The notes under the pieces were generated by a model. The model did not search any database, was not told where the DNA came from, and saw nothing but the letters and a program-made list of their open reading frames with translations. Below, piece after piece: positions 10,417 to 20,591 of a stretch of 64,000 nt of DNA. Position numbers and translations under genes: made by a program. The stretch is from NCBI GenBank assembly GCA_045652205.1, contig JAZRTX010000012.1:605-64604 (forward strand), in the 5' to 3' direction. The DNA comes from Clostridia bacterium. Its GTDB lineage: Bacteria; Bacillota; Clostridia; Christensenellales; QALW01. How positions within the stretch are numbered: the stretch's first letter is position 1; every line of letters begins with the position of its first letter.

Positions 10417-11357
10417 TGAAACAACTTGTTGAATTTATTAAAGACAACGATAATTTTGCAGTTATTTCACACGTTTCACCTGACGGCGACACTATGGGCA
10501 GTGCCGCCGCACTTCTTTACGCCCTTAAAAAGTTAAATAAAAAGGCATATTGGGTTTGCGAAGGTAAGATTCCTGCAGATTATATGAAAATTCCTGAAAT
10601 CGCAAGCCTTATAGAATACGAAAAGCCTAAAAAAACAGAATGCGCTATTGCGGTTGACGTTTCTTCACCCGACAGGCTTGGTAACTGTTTGGAGCTTTTT
10701 AATAATGCAAAGAAAACCGCGCAGATTGACCACCATATCACAAACACAAACTACGCTTTAGTAAACGTTGTAAAAGACAGAAACGCCTGTGCCTTTAACG
10801 TGATGGAGCTTATAAATGAATTAAATATTGAGCTTGATTATAATATTGCCCGCGCCCTTTTTGTTGGAATGATGACCGATACGGGAAGGCTTTCACACGC
10901 AGGCGTAACCTATAAGGACGTTGAAGACGTTAGCAAACTTTATAAGTTAAACATTGACCATAACAAGATAATTGCAACTATTTTTCAAACTACTACCTTA
11001 AAAAAGGTAAAGTTAAAGGGCAGAGCCTCACAGCATTTACAAATGGCATTTGATAATAAGGTTGCTTACACTTATCTTGATACCGCTGATTACCTTGAAT
11101 TTGATGCGGATAATTCAGATTCCGAAGGCGTTATTGAAATGACGCGAAGCATTGAAAACGTTTTAATCGCGTTTTTTATCCGCCAAGTGCCAAACGGCTA
11201 CAAGGTAAGTATGCGTTGTGCACCTGAATATGACGTTAGTTTAATCTGTTCTTCCTTTGGCGGTGGCGGACACAAATTAGCCGCAGGCTGTACCATAGAA
11301 GGCACAAAGGAACAAGTTATTTCTATTTTACTTGATAAGATTAAAGAGGTGCTTTAA
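10416..11357 (+). CDS. nrnA: DHH-family oligoribonuclease/pAp phosphatase NrnA
   Basis: HVSPDGD, IDHH, TDTG, GGGGHKLAAG. Confidence 0.9.
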   Translation: MKQLVEFIKDNDNFAVISHVSPDGDTMGSAAALLYALKKLNKKAYWVCEGKIPADYMKIPEIASLIEYEKPKKTECAIAVDVSSPDRLGNCLELFNNAKKTAQIDHHITNTNYALVNVVKDRNACAFNVMELINELNIELDYNIARALFVGMMTDTGRLSHAGVTYKDVEDVSKLYKLNIDHNKIIATIFQTTTLKKVKLKGRASQHLQMAFDNKVAYTYLDTADYLEFDADNSDSEGVIEMTRSIENVLIAFFIRQVPNGYKVSMRCAPEYDVSLICSSFGGGGHKLAAGCTIEGTKEQVISILLDKIKEVL

Positions 11358-12238
11358 TGGAAGGCGTTATTAACGTTTATAAAGAAGCAACCTGGACAAG
11401 CGGTGACGTAGTAAACAAGTTAAAAGGCGTGCTTCACCAAAGGCGCATCGGTCACGGCGGAACGTTAGACCCTGATGCAGAAGGCGTTTTGCCTGTTTTA
11501 ACAGGTAACGCTACACGTCTTTTTGACTATATGACCGCTTTTAAAAAAACCTACGTTGCCTGTGTTTATTTTGGAAAAACTACCGACACGCAAGATGCAA
11601 GCGGAAACGTTTTAGAAGAAAAGGACGTTAACTTTACAAACGATGATATTTTAAATGCTTTGCCCCAGTTTATCGGGGAAATTATGCAAATTCCGCCAAT
11701 GTATTCTGCCCTTCACGTTAACGGACAAAGGCTTTACGATTTAGCAAGAAAAGGCGAAACTGTTGAAATACAACCCCGCAAGGTTTTTGTTGAAAATATT
11801 GAGCTTGTTTCACCGTTAAAAGACAACAGATGCGTTTTAAGGATAACCTGTTCAAAAGGCACTTATATCCGCACAATCTGCCACGATTTAGGGCAAAAGT
11901 TAGGCACGGGCGCTTTTATGGAAACTCTTTTAAGGGAAGAATGCGCAGGGCTTAATATTAAAAACGCATACAAGATTTCAGAAATTGAAGAAATGGTAAA
12001 AAAAGACGATTTATCCTTTTTAATTCCCATTGAAGAAGCTATTTCTTTTATGCCAAGAGTTAATATTGAAGTAAGCCAATTAAAAAAACTTTTAAACGGC
12101 AACCCTGTAAAAACTGGGTTTGCAGATAAAATAGAAAAAGGAAACGTTGCTATTTACTGCGATAACAATTTCTTTGGTATAGGCGAGGAAAAAGACGGTT
12201 TTTACCGCTTTAAATGTATGCTTGGAGGCAACAAATGA
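11357..12238 (+). CDS. truB: tRNA pseudouridine(55) synthase
   Basis: GHGGTLDP, PPMYSA, CSKGTYIR. Confidence 0.97.
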   Translation: MEGVINVYKEATWTSGDVVNKLKGVLHQRRIGHGGTLDPDAEGVLPVLTGNATRLFDYMTAFKKTYVACVYFGKTTDTQDASGNVLEEKDVNFTNDDILNALPQFIGEIMQIPPMYSALHVNGQRLYDLARKGETVEIQPRKVFVENIELVSPLKDNRCVLRITCSKGTYIRTICHDLGQKLGTGAFMETLLREECAGLNIKNAYKISEIEEMVKKDDLSFLIPIEEAISFMPRVNIEVSQLKKLLNGNPVKTGFADKIEKGNVAIYCDNNFFGIGEEKDGFYRFKCMLGGNK

Positions 12239-13089
12239 GCGTTTTAGTGCTTGGAACTTTTGACGGTGTTCATATTGCCCACCGTCAGTTAATAAAAGAA
12301 GCAAAAAAAACAGGCAAAAAAGTTGTTGTCTGCGCATTTTCTACGCCTTTTTCACGTGCAAAAGTATTGACAGATGCCTGCGAAAAAGAAAAAATCTTAA
12401 AAGATCTTGGCGCTGACGAAGTTTTTATTCAAGAACCTGAAAACGTAAAAGAGCTTTCACCTGAAGAATACATAAAAATTTTAGTTAAAAAGTTTAATCC
12501 AAAGTTTGTTGTTGCAGGCTTTGACCATCGCTTTGGCAAAAATGCCCAAGGCAATCTTATGACCCTTAACTTTTTAGGCAAAAAGTACGGATTCACTTTA
12601 ATAACCGTTCCGCCTGTTAAGTATGATGGCGTTTTGGTTTCTTCAAGTAATATCCGTTTGCTTTTACTGCACGGTGAAATCCAAAAAGCAAACCTGCTTT
12701 TAGATAGATATTATTCTTTAAAAGGTATAGTTACAAAAGGCAAGCAAATAGGCACTAAAATCGGGTTTCCTACTGCAAACATTGAATGTTCAAGCGATAA
12801 ACTGATTCCCGCACCTGCCGTTTACGCCACTTTTGTAAAATTAAACAACAAACTTTATAAAGGTATGACCAATATCGGCTTTAACGAAACAGTTTCAGAA
12901 AATAACACTTTAACCGTTGAAACCCACATTTTAGGCTTTGACGGGGATATTTACGGTAAAAACATTGAAATTCTGTTTTTAAAAAAGGTGCGCGAAGATA
13001 AAAAGTTTGACAGTTTAGATGATTTAAAAAATCAGCTTTCAGATGATGCGCTTTTAATAAACGCTTATATTGATACTATAAAAAAATAA
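12235..13089 (+). CDS. ribF: Bifunctional riboflavin kinase/FAD synthetase
   Basis: GTFDGVHIAH, SSSNIR, GFPTAN, ETHI. Confidence 0.95.
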   Translation: MSVLVLGTFDGVHIAHRQLIKEAKKTGKKVVVCAFSTPFSRAKVLTDACEKEKILKDLGADEVFIQEPENVKELSPEEYIKILVKKFNPKFVVAGFDHRFGKNAQGNLMTLNFLGKKYGFTLITVPPVKYDGVLVSSSNIRLLLLHGEIQKANLLLDRYYSLKGIVTKGKQIGTKIGFPTANIECSSDKLIPAPAVYATFVKLNNKLYKGMTNIGFNETVSENNTLTVETHILGFDGDIYGKNIEILFLKKVREDKKFDSLDDLKNQLSDDALLINAYIDTIKK

Positions 13090-13113
13090 AACTCGCTTTT
13101 TAGCGAGTTTTTT
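13087..13113. terminator. Bidirectional intrinsic terminator
   Basis: AAAACTCGCT-ttt-AGCGAGTTTT-type hairpin between convergent genes. Confidence 0.75.
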
Positions 13114-13119
13114 ATTTTC

Positions 13120-13758
13120 TTAAATATGTTCTAAAATTTCCAATGGCGAATTCACAAAGATTTTTCCGCCTTTTTCTTTTAAGAATTCTTTGCTTCTAAA
13201 TCCCCATAAAACTGAAACGCATTTAATATTAGCGTTTTTGCTTGTTTCAATATCAGTATCTGCATCGCCTACAAAAACAACCTCATCATTTTTAACGTTT
13301 AATATTTCCATTACTTTTAAAACACTGTCGGGCGCAGGCTTTTTCTTAACAAGCGGGCTTTCGCCTACTGCAATGGTTATTAAGCCTTTAAAGTACTTTT
13401 CCTTTAATTCCTGTACTGCCCCATCAAACTTGTTTGAAACGATTGCACATTTAATGCCTTTTTCATTAAGGGCTTCCAATAATTCCACTATATCATCATA
13501 AGGTCTTGTGTTATCCTGACTATGAATTGAATAATGCTCTTTAAAAAACGCCAGAACTTCTTCAAAATCGTCAATTTCTTCGGGGCATGCCAACGTCATA
13601 AGCGCCCTGATTCCGTTACCGATAAAATTTTTAACCTCCTCTTTATCGCGAAGCGGATAATTAAAATGCTTTAACGCATGATTAACGCTTATATATAAAT
13701 CGTCTAAGGTATTTAATAAAGTTCCGTCCAAATCAAAAACAACTGCCTTTGTTGCCAT
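13120..13758 (-). CDS. HAD-IA phosphatase (phosphoglycolate phosphatase-like)
   Basis: FDLDGTL, VSNK, KKPAPD, FVGD. Confidence 0.88.
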   Translation of the reverse strand: MATKAVVFDLDGTLLNTLDDLYISVNHALKHFNYPLRDKEEVKNFIGNGIRALMTLACPEEIDDFEEVLAFFKEHYSIHSQDNTRPYDDIVELLEALNEKGIKCAIVSNKFDGAVQELKEKYFKGLITIAVGESPLVKKKPAPDSVLKVMEILNVKNDEVVFVGDADTDIETSKNANIKCVSVLWGFRSKEFLKEKGGKIFVNSPLEILEHI

Positions 13759-13876
13759 AAATATTTCTCTCCTTTGATATGGAAACATTATATCACACAA
13801 AACCCTTTTTTGCAAATTTTTTAAGTATTTTTTGTATATTTTTGATAATAATATATATAAATATAAATTTGGTATA

Positions 13877-13905
13877 TTGACTTTTGGTTTTTAATATGGT
13901 ACAAT
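13877..13905 (+). promoter_or_regulatory. SigA promoter of the riboswitch-ATPase transcript
   Basis: TTGACT-17-TACAAT with extended -10 TG. Confidence 0.7.
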
Positions 13906-13914
13906 TTACCACAC

Positions 13915-14056
13915 GTAAGGGAGTAATCGGCGCATTTTATGCGTAGAACCGGTCAACAACACTGCAGTATTTACTGCTGGCCTTTCTTAAACCAAATCAT
14001 TGTAGCTTGGTTAAACGATAAGACTTACCCGTAAAATAATACGGGTGGGTCTTTAA
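13915..14056 (+). ncRNA. yybP-ykoY (Mn2+-sensing) riboswitch with overlapping terminator
   Basis: GTAAG-GGAGTA ... GGTCAACA ... TGGCC ... AAGA-CTTAC architecture; 3' P1 strand overlaps terminator stem 14021-14052; upstream of a P-type ATPase. Confidence 0.85.
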
Positions 14057-14083
14057 TTATTCCCACCGATAAGGAGTGTAAGA

Positions 14084-16696
14084 ATGAAAGAGTATTTACT
14101 TTCAACCGAAGAAGTGTTAAAAAACACAAACAGCAATAAAGAAACAGGCTTAACAGAACAAAAAGCACAGGAATTATTGCAAAAGAACGGCCCTAACAAG
14201 CTTAAAGAACAAAAAAAGGATTCCTTAATTAAAAAGTTCTTTAAACAGCTTGCCGACCCTATGATAATAATTTTGCTTATCGCGGCAGCCGTTTCAGCTA
14301 TGACTGAAATTTTTGAAGGCAAATTTCCCACCGATGCAATTATTATTCTTGCAGTTGTTTTAATTAACACTGTTTTAGGTGTTTTTCAGGAATCAAAAGC
14401 CGAAAAAGCCATTGAAGCCCTGCAAGCTATGACTGCGGCACAAAGTAAAGTTATCCGTGATGGCAAGCTTTTGCACATAAAAAGTGAAGATCTTGTTGTT
14501 GGCGATATTATCGTGATTGAAGCAGGTGACGATATTCCTGCGGATGCACGTATTTTAGAAAGCGCTTCCTTAAAAGTTGAAGAAGCCGCTTTAACAGGCG
14601 AAAGTGTTCCTGTTGAAAAGCATAGTGACGCTTTAACAGGTGAAGTTTCATTAGGCGACCGAAAAAATATGGTTTATATGGGGTCAGCCTGTGTTTACGG
14701 CAGAGGCGTTTGCGTAGTTACCCAAACAGGAATGGATACCGAAATGGGTAAAATTGCTACCGCGCTTTCGCAGGCTGAAGACGGACAGACGCCCCTGCAG
14801 ATTAAACTTGCACAGTTATCTAAAATTTTAAGTTTTCTTGTTTTAGGTATTTGCGTTGTTGTTTTTGCCATCAATCTTTTAAGAATTGACTTTGGCTCCG
14901 GCGAAGTTTTAAAGGAAATTATTGAAACCTTTATGATTGCCGTTTCCTTGGCGGTTGCGGCTATTCCCGAAGGCTTGGCGGCAGTTGTTACAATCGTTTT
15001 ATCAATCGGTGTAACCAATATGTCCAAGCGCAGCGCAGTTATCCGCAAATTAACCGCAGTTGAAACCTTAGGTTGTGCGCAGGTTATCTGTTCAGATAAA
15101 ACAGGTACTCTTACACAAAACAAGATGACCGTTGTTAAAAGTTATACGTTGGCTGACGAAAACACACTTGCTACGTCCTTAATGATGTGCAACGATGCTA
15201 ATTTAGATGAAAACAACTTAGCTCAAGGTGAGCCTACCGAAGCGGCGTTAGTAAATTACGCTTATACGCTTGGTTTAGATAAACGAGTTTTAGACAGTAA
15301 TTATCCAAGAGTTTGCGAAGCGCCTTTTGATTCAATGCGTAAGATGATGAGCACCGTTCACAAAAGGGAAACGGATTTCATACAATACGTTAAAGGCGCC
15401 CCTGATGAACTTTTACAAAAGTGCAGTAAAATTCTTATAAATGGCGAAATTACCGCGCTTACAGATGAGCATCGCGCTGAAATTTTAAACAAGAACAAAG
15501 AGTTTGCTGATTCTGCATTACGCGTTTTAGCAGGCGCTATGAAAGAATACAACGAAAACCCTGATTCTTCTGACCCCAACGTGTTGGAACAGGATCTTAC
15601 CTTTATCGGACTTGTTGGTATGATTGACCCTGTTCGCCCTGAGGTTAAGCCCGCCATTGAGCTTTGTGAAAAAGCAGGCATCACCCCTGTAATGATTACA
15701 GGCGACCACAAGGATACCGCAGTTGCTATCGCAAAAGAACTTGGTATTATTAAAGATGCATCAGAAGCTTTAACAGGCAGAGAACTTGATAAAATTCCCG
15801 AAGACGAATTACTTGAAAACATCAACAAATATCATGTTTATGCCCGTGTTCAGCCTGAACACAAGGTTCGTATAGTTTCTGCCTGGAGAGAAAAAGGTAA
15901 CATTACCGCTATGACAGGTGACGGCGTTAACGATGCACCTTCAATTAAAAAGGCAGATATCGGCGTTGGTATGGGTATTACGGGAACAGACGTTACTAAA
16001 AACGTTGCTGATATGGTGCTTGCCGACGATAACTTTGCAACAATCGTTTCAGCCGTTGAAGAAGGCAGACGTATTTACGATAACATTCGTAAGGCAATGC
16101 AGTTCCTGCTTTCAGCAAACCTTGCAGAAGTTTTAACTATTTTTACTGCCACCTTAATCGGTTTTGAAGTGCTTGGCCCTGTTCATCTTTTATGGATTAA
16201 CCTTGTTACAGATACCTTCCCCGCAGTTGCATTAGGTATGGAACAAGCAGAACAAAACGTTATGAACCGCGCCCCCAGAAAAGCAAAGGAAGGCGTTTTT
16301 GCAGGCGGTCTTGGTTTTGATATTTTCTCTCAGGGCATTATAATTTCCGCTATTACTTTAATTGCTTACTTTGTAGGCTTAAAGATGGATGGCGCACAGC
16401 ACGGTATGACTATGGCTTTCGTTGCCCTTTCTATGACGGAAATTTTCCACGCGTTTAATATGCGCTCCCGTCGTGCTTCTGTGTTCAGCCTTAAAACACA
16501 CAATAAAACCTTATGGCTTTCAATGCTTTTTGCCTTAATTCTTACCGTAATCGTTTTATTTGTGCATCCCGTTGCAGCACTTTTTGGTTTTACCGAAATT
16601 ACTGTTACAGAATTTTTAATTGCTATGGCTATTGCTTTTAGCATTGTTCCGATTGTTGAAATTATTAAATTTATACAAAGAAAATTAAAAAGGTGA
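14084..16696 (+). CDS. P2-type cation-transporting ATPase (Ca2+/Mn2+)
   Basis: LTGES, IPEGL, DKTGTLT, MITGD, GDGVND. Confidence 0.96.
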   Translation: MKEYLLSTEEVLKNTNSNKETGLTEQKAQELLQKNGPNKLKEQKKDSLIKKFFKQLADPMIIILLIAAAVSAMTEIFEGKFPTDAIIILAVVLINTVLGVFQESKAEKAIEALQAMTAAQSKVIRDGKLLHIKSEDLVVGDIIVIEAGDDIPADARILESASLKVEEAALTGESVPVEKHSDALTGEVSLGDRKNMVYMGSACVYGRGVCVVTQTGMDTEMGKIATALSQAEDGQTPLQIKLAQLSKILSFLVLGICVVVFAINLLRIDFGSGEVLKEIIETFMIAVSLAVAAIPEGLAAVVTIVLSIGVTNMSKRSAVIRKLTAVETLGCAQVICSDKTGTLTQNKMTVVKSYTLADENTLATSLMMCNDANLDENNLAQGEPTEAALVNYAYTLGLDKRVLDSNYPRVCEAPFDSMRKMMSTVHKRETDFIQYVKGAPDELLQKCSKILINGEITALTDEHRAEILNKNKEFADSALRVLAGAMKEYNENPDSSDPNVLEQDLTFIGLVGMIDPVRPEVKPAIELCEKAGITPVMITGDHKDTAVAIAKELGIIKDASEALTGRELDKIPEDELLENINKYHVYARVQPEHKVRIVSAWREKGNITAMTGDGVNDAPSIKKADIGVGMGITGTDVTKNVADMVLADDNFATIVSAVEEGRRIYDNIRKAMQFLLSANLAEVLTIFTATLIGFEVLGPVHLLWINLVTDTFPAVALGMEQAEQNVMNRAPRKAKEGVFAGGLGFDIFSQGIIISAITLIAYFVGLKMDGAQHGMTMAFVALSMTEIFHAFNMRSRRASVFSLKTHNKTLWLSMLFALILTVIVLFVHPVAALFGFTEITVTEFLIAMAIAFSIVPIVEIIKFIQRKLKR

Positions 16697-16700
16697 TTAA

Positions 16701-17405
16701 ATGTTAGATTTAGATTTAAGTATATTTGGTAATATCAGTTGGTTTACACAGCTTAACTTTTGTTTAAGAATAGTTGCTGCCGCTATGTGCGGTTGCTTAA
16801 TTGGTTACGAACGTTCAAGGCGTTCAAAGGGCGCAGGCGTAAGAACACATATGATTATCGCCCTTTCATCTGCTTTAATGATGGTTGTTTCAAAATACGG
16901 CTTTGTTGATATGCTTAAACTTGGCTTTAACGCAGATGCTTCACGTATTGCCGCACAGATTGTTACAGGTATTCCCTTTTTAGGTGCAGGCGTTATTTAC
17001 GTTAGGCAGAATCAATCTTCCGTTCAGGGCTTAACCACCGCCGCAGGTATTTTAGCAACCTGCGGTATCGGTATGGCTTTCGGCGCAGGCTTATATTTAA
17101 TCGCATTGTTCGGCACCGCGCTGTTACTTGCATTACAGTTCTTACTGCATAGGGTTCTTACCGGCTACGATTCCTCTTTTGCAGGGGAAGCCATTTTAGT
17201 TGGTGAAGCTACATATGACGCAGCGCAAACGATCTGTTCAGTTTTTGAAGCTTATTCTGTTACCATTCAGAAATGCCGTCTTAAACGCCTTGAATCAGGG
17301 TTAATTGAATACCGTATTCACTTTAAGACCACCCACGATATTCCCCCACAGGTGCTTGCGCAAACGGTTGCTGATAACGAGCATTTTGTTACAATAGAAG
17401 TTTAA
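16701..17405 (+). CDS. MgtC/SapB family membrane protein
   Basis: GYER, AGVRTH, RIAAQIVTGI-FLGAG, GLTTAA. Confidence 0.92.
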   Translation: MLDLDLSIFGNISWFTQLNFCLRIVAAAMCGCLIGYERSRRSKGAGVRTHMIIALSSALMMVVSKYGFVDMLKLGFNADASRIAAQIVTGIPFLGAGVIYVRQNQSSVQGLTTAAGILATCGIGMAFGAGLYLIALFGTALLLALQFLLHRVLTGYDSSFAGEAILVGEATYDAAQTICSVFEAYSVTIQKCRLKRLESGLIEYRIHFKTTHDIPPQVLAQTVADNEHFVTIEV

Positions 17406-17410
17406 AGATT

Positions 17411-17440
17411 AAGAACTGCGTTTTATACGCAGTTCTTTTG
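17411..17440 (+). terminator. Intrinsic terminator
   Basis: AAGAACTGCGT/ACGCAGTTCTT plus T-run. Confidence 0.8.
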
Positions 17441-17515
17441 TTTTTGTGTTGTAAAATTCTTTTTATTATGCTATAATTATAATATATTACAAAATCTTAA
17501 TATTTGGAGGATTTT

Positions 17516-18196
17516 ATGGCTAAACGCGTTTTAATTGTTGATGACGAGCCATTGATTGTAAAGGGTCTTAAATTTAATCTTGAACAGGAAGGCTATGAAA
17601 CCGATTGTGCATATTCGGGTGAAGAAGCCTTAAATAAATACCGCGAAAATTCTTTTGATATTATTTTGCTTGACGTTATGCTTCCGGGAATTTCAGGCAC
17701 GGAAGTTTGCCACACAATTCGCGAAGAATCAATGATTCCTATTATTATGCTTACTGCAAAATCCGCAGACGAAGATAAGATAGAGGGTTTAACAGAAGGT
17801 GCTGACGATTATCTTACCAAGCCTTTTAACACCAATGAATTAAAGGCAAGAATGAAAAACCTTTTAAAGCGTAGCGAGGTTGCAAACAAGAATCCTATGG
17901 AAATTAAGGTTAAGGATCTTGTTATGGATAAAGATAAGCGTACCGTTACCATTAAAGGTAGCGAGATTGAGCTTACTGCAAAAGAATTTGATATTCTTTT
18001 ATTGCTTGTAACAAATCCCGGCAAAGTTTATCGCAGAGAAGATCTGCTTGAATATATATGGAAGGACTATTCAGGTGATATCCGCACCGTTGACGTGCAT
18101 ATCCGCCGTCTTCGCCAAAAGATTGAAGCGAACGAAAATGCGCCTGAATACGTTTACACTAAGTGGGGTGTAGGATACTATTTTGCGCAAAAGTAA
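17516..18196 (+). CDS. OmpR/WalR-family response regulator
   Basis: LIVDDE, LLDVMLP, MLTAK, GADDYLTKPF, RTVDVHIRRLR, TKWGVGY. Confidence 0.95.
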   Translation: MAKRVLIVDDEPLIVKGLKFNLEQEGYETDCAYSGEEALNKYRENSFDIILLDVMLPGISGTEVCHTIREESMIPIIMLTAKSADEDKIEGLTEGADDYLTKPFNTNELKARMKNLLKRSEVANKNPMEIKVKDLVMDKDKRTVTIKGSEIELTAKEFDILLLLVTNPGKVYRREDLLEYIWKDYSGDIRTVDVHIRRLRQKIEANENAPEYVYTKWGVGYYFAQK

Positions 18197-19643
18197 ACCT
18201 GGGCTTAATATACTGTTTGGCGTAACGTATATCGTAATCGTTGTTGCAGTTTTAGCCATCATTACTCTTTCTGTAACTACATATTTAGGAAAGTACTTTC
18301 TTAACATAAGGTATCAGGAGCAAACCGATACCTTAAAAAGCTGTGCTTCTTCCTTACTTCCCTATATGGAAGATATGGACCCCGATTTTGTTAACGGGGT
18401 TCTTTCTGACTACGCCCGAAAATCCAACGGGCGAATGCTTTTTATTGATCAATCAGGGTGCGTGCAGGCAGATAGTTTTTCTACTTTAAACGGTACAGTT
18501 CCATATTCAGAAGAAATTGAGGCGGTTTTAAAGGGCGAACAGGATACTATGGTTGGCTATCATAAGCAAGCCCTTTCACCTACCGCAATTACAAAGGATA
18601 ATGAATTTATAAATAAATCTCACGGCTCCGTTTGGGTTGGCTATTACACCCACGCGGTAATTTCCTCAGGGGAACAAAAGGGCGTGCTTGTGCTTTCTGC
18701 ACCTGTTCAGGATATTGTTGATAACGTTTCGGAAGTTACTTTGTGGCTTTCTGTTTTTAGTCTTGTGTTTACCTTAATCGTTTCTGCAATAACATTCTTT
18801 GTAAGCAACAACCTTACCCTTTCTATTCGTAAATTTAACCGCGCCATCGCAAAAATGAGTGGCGGTGATTTTTCTGTACGCGTTGACGAAAACGAAATCG
18901 CTGAATTCGGTGAGCTTGCAAAGGCGTTTAATATGATGAGCGAAAAGCTTGAAAATTTAGATGCTTCACGCAATCAGTTTGTTTCTGATGCTTCCCACGA
19001 ATTAAAAACACCCCTTGCTTCTATGAAGATTTTATCTGAATCTTTAATTGACCAGCCTGACGTACCCAAAGAGGTTTATCAGGAATTTATGGGCGATATA
19101 AACAGTGAGGTTGACAGGCTTTCGCTTGTAATCAATGACCTTTTAACTCTTGTTAAAACCGATAAAGGTGCTGACACCCTTTGCCTTAATTCAGTTGATT
19201 TAAGCAAGCTTATAAGAAAAATTACAGGAACTCTTGCACCTTTAGCCCGCAAAAAGCACATTACCGTTTCTTACGAATACGTTGATACGGTTTTATTGGG
19301 CGATGAATTAAGATTACAACAAGTTTTTACCAACCTTATTGATAACGCTATAAAATATTCCCCCGAAGATACTACGGTTTCCGTTTCACTTACCCAAAGC
19401 CTTACTAATGCTATTATCACCGTGCAGGATCAGGGTATCGGTATGAGCCCTGAGGATCTCAGCCGTATTTTTGAACGTTTTTACCGCGTTGATAAAGGCC
19501 GATCCCGTCAGGCAGGCGGAACAGGCTTAGGGCTTTCAATCGTTAAGCAGATTATTGAACAGCACGGTGGTAACATTGAAGTTAAAAGCGCATTAAACGA
19601 AGGCACTACCTTTACCGTTACCTTACCGCTTAATAATCAATAA
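18183..19643 (+). CDS. HAMP-domain sensor histidine kinase
   Basis: Two TM segments, HAMP, SHELKTPL, NLIDNAIKY, GGTGLGL. Confidence 0.95.
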   Translation: MRKSKPGLNILFGVTYIVIVVAVLAIITLSVTTYLGKYFLNIRYQEQTDTLKSCASSLLPYMEDMDPDFVNGVLSDYARKSNGRMLFIDQSGCVQADSFSTLNGTVPYSEEIEAVLKGEQDTMVGYHKQALSPTAITKDNEFINKSHGSVWVGYYTHAVISSGEQKGVLVLSAPVQDIVDNVSEVTLWLSVFSLVFTLIVSAITFFVSNNLTLSIRKFNRAIAKMSGGDFSVRVDENEIAEFGELAKAFNMMSEKLENLDASRNQFVSDASHELKTPLASMKILSESLIDQPDVPKEVYQEFMGDINSEVDRLSLVINDLLTLVKTDKGADTLCLNSVDLSKLIRKITGTLAPLARKKHITVSYEYVDTVLLGDELRLQQVFTNLIDNAIKYSPEDTTVSVSLTQSLTNAIITVQDQGIGMSPEDLSRIFERFYRVDKGRSRQAGGTGLGLSIVKQIIEQHGGNIEVKSALNEGTTFTVTLPLNNQ

Positions 19644-19655
19644 AAGGAGTATAGT

Positions 19656-20591
19656 ATGAAAAAATTATTATCAGCATTTTTAGTTTTAATAATTGTTTTT
19701 GCCTGTGGTTGTTCTTCAAGCTATATGGATAAAACTGACGGCGATATTATACCTCCTGTTCAGGATTCAACTGTTTCCACGTTTTCTGTGGTTGCACCCC
19801 TTTATTTCAGGTTTTACAACGAACCTATGCTTATCCGCTATGCTTTAAACGTTGAAACCACTACCCACGAACAGCCTGAATTTTACGCTTTAACTGCTCT
19901 TTTATCTAAACCCTTAGGTGAAAGAAGTGATATTACTTATCTTTTTAAAGGTAAAACAAAACTTGTTTCAGTTAAATCTGACGGCAATTATCTTTACGTT
20001 ACTTTAAGCCAGGATTTTTATGAAGATACCAAAGGCGCAAACGATGAAGAAACAAGGCTTAACCGCAAGCTTGCCATATATTCCATAGTAAACACAGTTT
20101 GTGAAATGGGTAACCATAATTACGTTCAGGTTTATATTGAGCAAAACGGCGCACAACTTCGCCCTGATTCATACACGGTTGGATTGCAAAAATCACAGGG
20201 TGATTCTACCCCACTTGGTCCGCTTTCAAGGGAAACAGCCCTTTTGCTTACACCATCTAACGTTACAAAAACCGCCTTAAACCATTATTCAAAAACTGAG
20301 TGGAGCAAACTTTATCTTTATTTAACAGAAGGCAGCACCAAGCTTCCCGTTTTAGAAGAAATGGCGCAGAATTTTAACTATCTTGACCTTAAAATGAGCG
20401 AGTTTACAGTTGAAGATAATTATACGGTTTCTGATGATGGCAAAACCGCCTACGTTCAGATTTCTTTTAAAATAAGAAGCCAGAATACAAGTTATGAAGT
20501 TTCTAACGTACCGCTTCAGCTTAATTTAAAAGGCAGGGCGTGGCTTATAAATTATGATAGTCTTTTAAAGCACTTGGGGGTACAAAAGTGA
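19656..20591 (+). CDS. GerMN-domain lipoprotein
   Basis: Lipobox ACGC; LYF...ALL...YVTLS...IYSIVNT...VQVYIE pattern. Confidence 0.72.
   Translation: MKKLLSAFLVLIIVFACGCSSSYMDKTDGDIIPPVQDSTVSTFSVVAPLYFRFYNEPMLIRYALNVETTTHEQPEFYALTALLSKPLGERSDITYLFKGKTKLVSVKSDGNYLYVTLSQDFYEDTKGANDEETRLNRKLAIYSIVNTVCEMGNHNYVQVYIEQNGAQLRPDSYTVGLQKSQGDSTPLGPLSRETALLLTPSNVTKTALNHYSKTEWSKLYLYLTEGSTKLPVLEEMAQNFNYLDLKMSEFTVEDNYTVSDDGKTAYVQISFKIRSQNTSYEVSNVPLQLNLKGRAWLINYDSLLKHLGVQK

Noticed and set aside
13876-13890. 15-bp identity ATTGACTTTTGGTTT with the island HTH promoter (46486-46500, minus strand)
   Set aside because: Explained by a -35 box plus T-rich spacer; no other evidence of shared regulation
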